A DNA stretch of 64,000 nucleotides from Polyangiales bacterium (lineage in GTDB: Bacteria > Myxococcota_A > Polyangia > Polyangiales > JADJQN01): positions 192,001 to 256,000 of the forward strand of contig CAXNJO010000005.1 in assembly GCA_964202905.1 (NCBI GenBank). The letters are read 5' to 3'. Position 1 is the first letter of the stretch, and the number at the start of each line of letters is the position of its first letter. The position numbers and the translations under genes are program-made. The notes below the pieces were generated by a model, which was not told the DNA's origin, searched no databases, and saw only the letters and a list, made by a program, of their open reading frames with translations. This document shows positions 59,099 through 64,000 of this stretch, piece after piece.

Positions 59099-60407
59099 TC
59101 AGCGCGAAACCGGGCGGCGCCGCAGGCGACGCACCAACGCGAAACCGAGCGCGACGAACAGCCCCGCAGTCGGCATGCGCGACGAGCCCGACGCCGCCCC
59201 CACGTTTGCGATCGAGCAACCGCCACTGTCGGTCAGCGAGGCGGGCGGATTCACGCCGCAGTAAATGTCGGCCTTGAACGTGTGCTCGGGAATGGGCGCG
59301 ACGGGAACCTCGATGTCATCAAGCGAATTTTCCCATCGCTTGCCCGGCTCTGGCGTGAACCACGTGACGCCAGCCGAACTCGCGGACTTCGTCCGCCATT
59401 GAATGACGCCGCGCTCATCGGCGGTAGGGTAGATCACCGCAAGTTCTGTGAGATCCCGCTTTCCAGCGCTCCGTCCCAGCACCGCGAGGTACTGTGCGAA
59501 TAGTTCACGCAGCTTGCCGCCGGTTAGATACACCCGCTTGGGGATCTCCGTTCCTTGCCGCACGAGCTCCGAGCGACACGCCGGCGGTGCCTGCACCACG
59601 GGCGCCGCGGGGGCCGCCTGCGGAACGCCGCCATCCTCGTCGATGGGACAGCGCTCGTCGGGGTGCGCCTCCGCCGCGGCCTGCGCCTGCTGCTGCTCGA
59701 CAGTCTCCGGACACGGGAAGACGAAGGCGACGGTCGACTGGTTCGCGGCGAGGGCCACATCGGCTTGGCCATCCGCGCCGCGCGGGGAGGTCGTCGGCGG
59801 CGATGCCGAGCGAGGCCAGATCACCGGGCTGCATCTGGAAGAGGCGGCTGCCGAAGTAGGCCTGGTGGATGTCGTCGTAGGAGATGTTGAAGGTGCGGTG
59901 GAGGTAGTCGGCGACGCGGCGCGCGCGCTCCTGCGAGAGCCGCACGTTCGTCGACATGTCGCCCGTCTGGCTCGCGCGGCCGAGGACGATGATCTTGGAG
60001 TTCGGGTAGCGCTGGTAGGTGCGGGCGACCTCGCGCAGGTCGGCCTGCGCGTGGGCGAGGTGATCGCTCGAGACGACGTCCGTCGTGTCGAAGCGGCCGC
60101 GGCCCGCCTTGTAGAAGACCCGCGCGGGATAGAGCGCCGCATCCGACGCGATGAGCTGGAGCGTCGACGGATCGACCCGCTGCTCGAGCAGATCGCCGAT
60201 GCCGGCGCGCGGGATGCAGTTGCCCGAAGGACAGAAGCGGATGAGCGTGCGGATGGCGTCGTAGACGCCGCGGCGCCGGCAGATCGGCGGCAGATCTTGC
60301 GCGTCTGCCGCCGCGGGCGCGAACGCCCCGAAGAGAAGGACACCCAGCAGCGCCGCGCCGAAGACGCGCGCGCTCAATCGATGCGAACCGATGCGCGATT
60401 GATCCAT
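59099..60407 (-). CDS. OmpA-like domain protein with MYXO-CTERM-like tail (frameshift near 59785)
   Basis: Signal peptide; IIVLGRASQTG...NVRLSQERARRVADYL; after the shift ANQS; ends SGGCSI..TM..RRLRRR. Confidence 0.72.
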
Positions 60408-61432
60408 TGGTTGAACTCTTTCCCTTCCGGCGTCTCGACCGACATCGCTCCGAAGCAGATGCGGTCGGGCGTGCCCGCCGGCGTAATGTAGACGAACGCT
60501 GGAAACTTGAGGCCCGGAATGGCGCGGAGCAGGGGGCCGAAATGCTCCTGCGTGACGGCGGCGAAGGGGAGCCCGCTCGCGCCGATGCGCGCCGCGTTGC
60601 CGCCCGCGTAGGGCGGGCGACGTCCGTCCCAGTCGCTCTCGAAGAGCACCTCCGTGATCCGCACGGCCGGATGCTCGCGCGCCGCCATCCCGAGCGTCGC
60701 GAGCTCCTCCATGCAGGGCCGACACACGAGCTGCCCGAGCACGACCACGAGCGGCGAACCCGTCTCTCCGCTGCCCGCCGCGAAGCGACCGAGCGTCGTT
60801 CGCGCGCCGAGCGTGAACTCGGAGTGGCCCTCCTCCACGGAGAGTTGTGTCGCCGGGAGCTCACGGAGAAAATCCCACGTCGCGCGCGTCAGCGGCTTGC
60901 ACTCCGCGGCGCGGGGCGGGGGGTCTTCGCCCTCTGCCGTTGCGCTCCGTGAGGCTTCGACTTGTTCTATCGGCGCAGAGTCCTGCACAGGTGGCTGGTC
61001 CCCGGTCGGACCGACGCTCTCAGTCGAAACGAGATGTCCCTTCGGCGCCACGAACCCAAACGAGCCAACTGCGCCCAGGACCAACCCCAAGACGCAACTG
61101 AGCACGGCGATCAGAACGACGCTCCAGACGGGCGCGCGATGCGAAACTGAACGCCCCCTGAGTCCTGTTGGCTCGTCGCGCTTCGAAGACGGGGCGGACG
61201 AGACAGTTCCTTTTTTTTGCGGAACGTCCTCGAAGTGCGTGGTGCGCGGACGCTCGAGACCCGCGGTGGCTGATGCCTCGGCATCATTTCCCTCAGGCGA
61301 CGCCGCATTTCGCGCTGACAGCCCTCGAGCAGGCGAACGCTCGCCTACCGACCTTGTAACCGCCCCTTCGGCAGTATTCGGATGTTCATCAGTCGTCTTG
61401 GTACTTGCATTTTTGTCGGGTGAAGTTCTCAC
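60374..61432 (-). CDS. Membrane-anchored thioredoxin-like (TlpA/ResA-type) protein
   Basis: TM helix; CRPCMEEL CxxC; KFPAFVYITPAG cis-Pro region. Confidence 0.7.
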   Translation of the reverse strand: MRTSPDKNASTKTTDEHPNTAEGAVTRSVGERSPARGLSARNAASPEGNDAEASATAGLERPRTTHFEDVPQKKGTVSSAPSSKRDEPTGLRGRSVSHRAPVWSVVLIAVLSCVLGLVLGAVGSFGFVAPKGHLVSTESVGPTGDQPPVQDSAPIEQVEASRSATAEGEDPPPRAAECKPLTRATWDFLRELPATQLSVEEGHSEFTLGARTTLGRFAAGSGETGSPLVVVLGQLVCRPCMEELATLGMAAREHPAVRITEVLFESDWDGRRPPYAGGNAARIGASGLPFAAVTQEHFGPLLRAIPGLKFPAFVYITPAGTPDRICFGAMSVETPEGKEFNQWINRASVRID

Positions 61433-62391
61433 CTTGGCCCCGCCGATGCACGACTTGCACGGTCAAGCGTACGCGCAGGCTCCTCGATTCCCTTCCAGAA
61501 CGCGCTGAACCACGAAGACCTCATCGCCTCCACCGGACGTTCTTTTCGACGATCAAAGAGGTCTAGCCCAAACTGATGCAGCAATCTCTCGACTCCTTCC
61601 TCGTCCTTTCGATGAAGTCCGAAAGCAATGTATTCTTCGCCCGCAAAATACACACCAACATTTCCATCGTAGCGAAGTGCTTGGAACCGGTAACCCGCTT
61701 TGCAGCCGGCGATACAGACACCGAGGAAAACACTAAATCCCAACTGTGGGATATCAAGATACCCAGAACCGCCCCCTGCTCGAAACCATGACGTGATAAG
61801 AACACCGAGCGATGCCAGTATCGTCATGATCAAAGGTCCACTGAGCGACGGCTTCTTGTTCGCGGATCGGGTGATGTCTGCGTAATCATCGATGTAGGGC
61901 CTCGCGAGGAACGCAAAGAAGATCGTCCCCATGCCTTGCCCCATGAACCATCCCGCCGCGGCTAGCGAGACCCCAAACAACAGCATTATTCCGCTTGCGG
62001 AACTGAAAAGCATACTCCACGCGACCACAACGAGTTCGGCCAGCAGCGCAACGTAGGCGAAGATGCCGGGGACAATGTACGCCGACTTCGCCATCTTCCT
62101 GCTGACGACAGTCTCATACGCGTCGGTATAGTGCTTGTCGAACCTGGGCTCCACGTCATTCCGGCGACTTATTGGCGGAACCAAGATCGACAAGAACATC
62201 CCTTTCAGTTCGGTCGGAGAGTCTAACTTCGACGGGTCTTTCTCGGCCGCATGTTTCGCGCGATCGAGGATCTCATCTGTAATTGCCGTGTTCTCGAGGC
62301 GATACACATACGCTCTCTCAAACTGATGGTTCTCACCCTCCAGTTCGCGTTTTTGACAGCGGAGGTCATCACCGATCACGAGTTTGCTCAT
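61429..62391 (-). CDS. Hypothetical 4-TM membrane protein, low GC
   Basis: 320-aa ORF, four hydrophobic segments, AGAGGGA RBS, GTGA overlap with next gene. Confidence 0.7.
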   Translation of the reverse strand: MSKLVIGDDLRCQKRELEGENHQFERAYVYRLENTAITDEILDRAKHAAEKDPSKLDSPTELKGMFLSILVPPISRRNDVEPRFDKHYTDAYETVVSRKMAKSAYIVPGIFAYVALLAELVVVAWSMLFSSASGIMLLFGVSLAAAGWFMGQGMGTIFFAFLARPYIDDYADITRSANKKPSLSGPLIMTILASLGVLITSWFRAGGGSGYLDIPQLGFSVFLGVCIAGCKAGYRFQALRYDGNVGVYFAGEEYIAFGLHRKDEEGVERLLHQFGLDLFDRRKERPVEAMRSSWFSAFWKGIEEPARTLDRASRASAGPR

Positions 62392-62456
62392 GTTCCCTCT
62401 TTGGTTCCCGCCAGAAGAACTGCTGAACTCACAGGCGTCCGCTTGTCAAGTGGGTG

Positions 62457-62486
62457 ACGCTAACGCTACGCGGCCGCTGGTGTCAA
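62457..62486 (-). promoter_or_regulatory. Putative sigma70 promoter of the low-GC operon
   Basis: TTGACA (62486-81) - 18 bp - TAGCGT (62462-57); second TTGACA at 62449-44. Confidence 0.5.
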
Positions 62487-62857
62487 CGGCTATGATGGCA
62501 GGCAATCACGCCCCTTCTGCGATGGATCCGCGATGCTCGAGCGACGGGCTGGACGCTCAATCAGCACGCATCTTCAGCGCCTCGAGTCTGTGCCGTTGGC
62601 CAAGCGGACGAGCTGAATACGCAGTCGGCGCCACGCCTGCACGCGCTCGCAAGCTCGCGTCCTCCGGCGCCGCACCACGGGACGCGGCCCTACGAGCTGA
62701 CCGGCCGCGGCCGGAAGCGTCGACGCCTCGAAGCTCCTGTGATGAGCCTCGACTGGACTCAACCTACCCCCGCGAAAGATGGTACCTTGTCCGCGAATGC
62801 CGACACCGCCCGGCCTCGCCGGGCCAACTCGAGAAGCCCGCGACGTAGCAGGAGGCC

Positions 62858-63373
62858 ATGATGGAGTGCCCAACATGCGACGGCTCAGGACGGGTTCGCG
62901 TCATCGACCGAGAGTGGTCGGCGTGCGCGAATTGCGAGAACACGATGAGCAGGGAGGCGTACCGTTGCATGCACTGCGGTCACCCGAACCGCGACAACTC
63001 GGGCACGGTCACGCTCACCGACTCGCACGCGGAGACCTGTCCACTGTGTCACGGGTCCAGAAACGTCTCGGACGGGGTCGGGCAACGCGCACGCGCCGTC
63101 AACCGGAGCGGCTGCTTCGGCGCGGGTTCCGGCATTGCCGCCATGCTCCCCGGCACGATCATCGGGGGCGTGGTCGGCGAGAACATCGCGACTGGATTCA
63201 CGTCGCTCCTGACGATGTTCGTCGGAGCACTCATCGGCATGATTGGGTCGTTCGCGCTCCCGGCGATCGTGGCCCTCACCGTGGACGCGCAGGTCGCCAA
63301 CAAGTTCAACACCGTCTACGCGTTCGCGGTCTGGGCGTTGGCCGTCGCCATCGTGCTTGCGTACTGCGGATGA
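62858..63373 (+). CDS. Zinc-finger (4x CxxC) membrane protein
   Basis: CPTCDGSG, CANC, CMHCG, CPLCHGS, then about 3 TM helices; GGAGG RBS. Confidence 0.75.
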   Translation: MMECPTCDGSGRVRVIDREWSACANCENTMSREAYRCMHCGHPNRDNSGTVTLTDSHAETCPLCHGSRNVSDGVGQRARAVNRSGCFGAGSGIAAMLPGTIIGGVVGENIATGFTSLLTMFVGALIGMIGSFALPAIVALTVDAQVANKFNTVYAFAVWALAVAIVLAYCG

Positions 63374-63584
63374 CCTTCATCTCTCGCGGCTCTCGCCGAC
63401 AGCGCCACCCTTGAGCACAGCGTTGCCGCGCGCGGGGGCGGGGGCCGCCGGGATGAGTGCACGCCAGCACGCGCCCGGTCGCCACGGCGGCGCACTCCCC
63501 CTGCACATCCCCCGCGCATTTCCGCGCGACCTCGGGTAACCTCGCGGGCACGCGCGGCCCGCTCGGCGCGCGCAGCGAGGTCCC

Positions 63585-64000
63585 ATGGCGCAGACGTTCA
63601 CCACGCTCCCCCGCCCCGACATCCCCCGCGAACAGGTCGGCAACGTCGTCTACGGGACGTTCGGCCACCTCGGCTCGCCCTTCTTCTACGTCGTGCTGCT
63701 CGCCCTCGTCGGCGTCACGCGCTGGAGCGCGATCTGGACGTTCTTCGCGGTGTCCGCGGTGTTCGTGCCCTTCACGCTGATCGAGGAGCACCGCAACACC
63801 TCGCTGAAGCTGCCGAAGGTGAACACGCGCGAGGTCGTCGACGGGCTCTTCATGGTCTTCGTGAAGGGCGTCGCCATCGGGGGCGGCTTCATCACGCTCG
63901 GCTGGTATGCGCTCTCGTTCGTGCCGCTCTACGGGCGGCACTTCCACAGCTGGTGGCTCATCGCGGCGGCGACCATCGGCTGCGACCTCGCGTATTACCT
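63585..64000 (+). CDS. Sterol desaturase / fatty-acid hydroxylase family protein (5' part; truncated by window end)
   Basis: MAQTFTTLPRP..multiple TMs..IGCDLAYYL, the DxxYY motif that precedes the first His box; the His boxes lie beyond the window. Confidence 0.55.
   Translation, partial: MAQTFTTLPRPDIPREQVGNVVYGTFGHLGSPFFYVVLLALVGVTRWSAIWTFFAVSAVFVPFTLIEEHRNTSLKLPKVNTREVVDGLFMVFVKGVAIGGGFITLGWYALSFVPLYGRHFHSWWLIAAATIGCDLAYY

Noticed and set aside
59099..62391. Zorya-like (ZorA/ZorB) or MotAB system
   Set aside because: The OmpA protein has a signal peptide and sorting tail rather than a MotB-type Asp-bearing TM; the 4TM protein shows no recognisable MotA/ZorA features or long tail
55100..62488. 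10-bp direct repeat GGTGTCAACG (55100-09, 62479-88) as island att/TSD
   Set aside because: Too short, no integrase or tRNA nearby, and the second copy is explained as a -35 box

Overview
A 64-kb, very GC-rich (roughly 75% by eye) chromosomal segment of a myxobacterium, most likely Polyangiales/Sandaracinaceae-like. The assignment rests on MYXO-CTERM tails, Cys-rich 'DAG' linker lipoproteins, a eukaryote-like Ser/Thr kinase-TPR-lipoprotein module and a RomY-like protein. Housekeeping genes include a standalone 5'-3' exonuclease, murI, a clpP paralog, yebC, cysE, a cysQ-like gene, an Smr protein and feoAB. Main observations: (1) the same 16-bp palindrome CTGAATCGCCATTCAG lies in front of two lipid-catabolism units 18 kb apart; (2) a persulfide dioxygenase-rhodanese/TauE module has two sigma54 promoters and repeated TGAAAC/GTTTCA upstream sites; (3) a DUF455 diiron protein paired with an ATP-grasp-like protein is divergent from feoAB across a Fur-box-like site; (4) a HisKA-only pseudo-receiver protein is coupled to a complete kinase; (5) a pseudokinase carries 5x81-bp Thr-rich repeats; (6) a lower-GC five-gene surface-protein operon sits at about 55-62.5 kb. 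Many non-core genes are broken by single-base frameshifts, probably assembly errors. I saw no rRNA, tRNA, CRISPR array, integrase or transposase. All calls come from motif recognition, without database searches.
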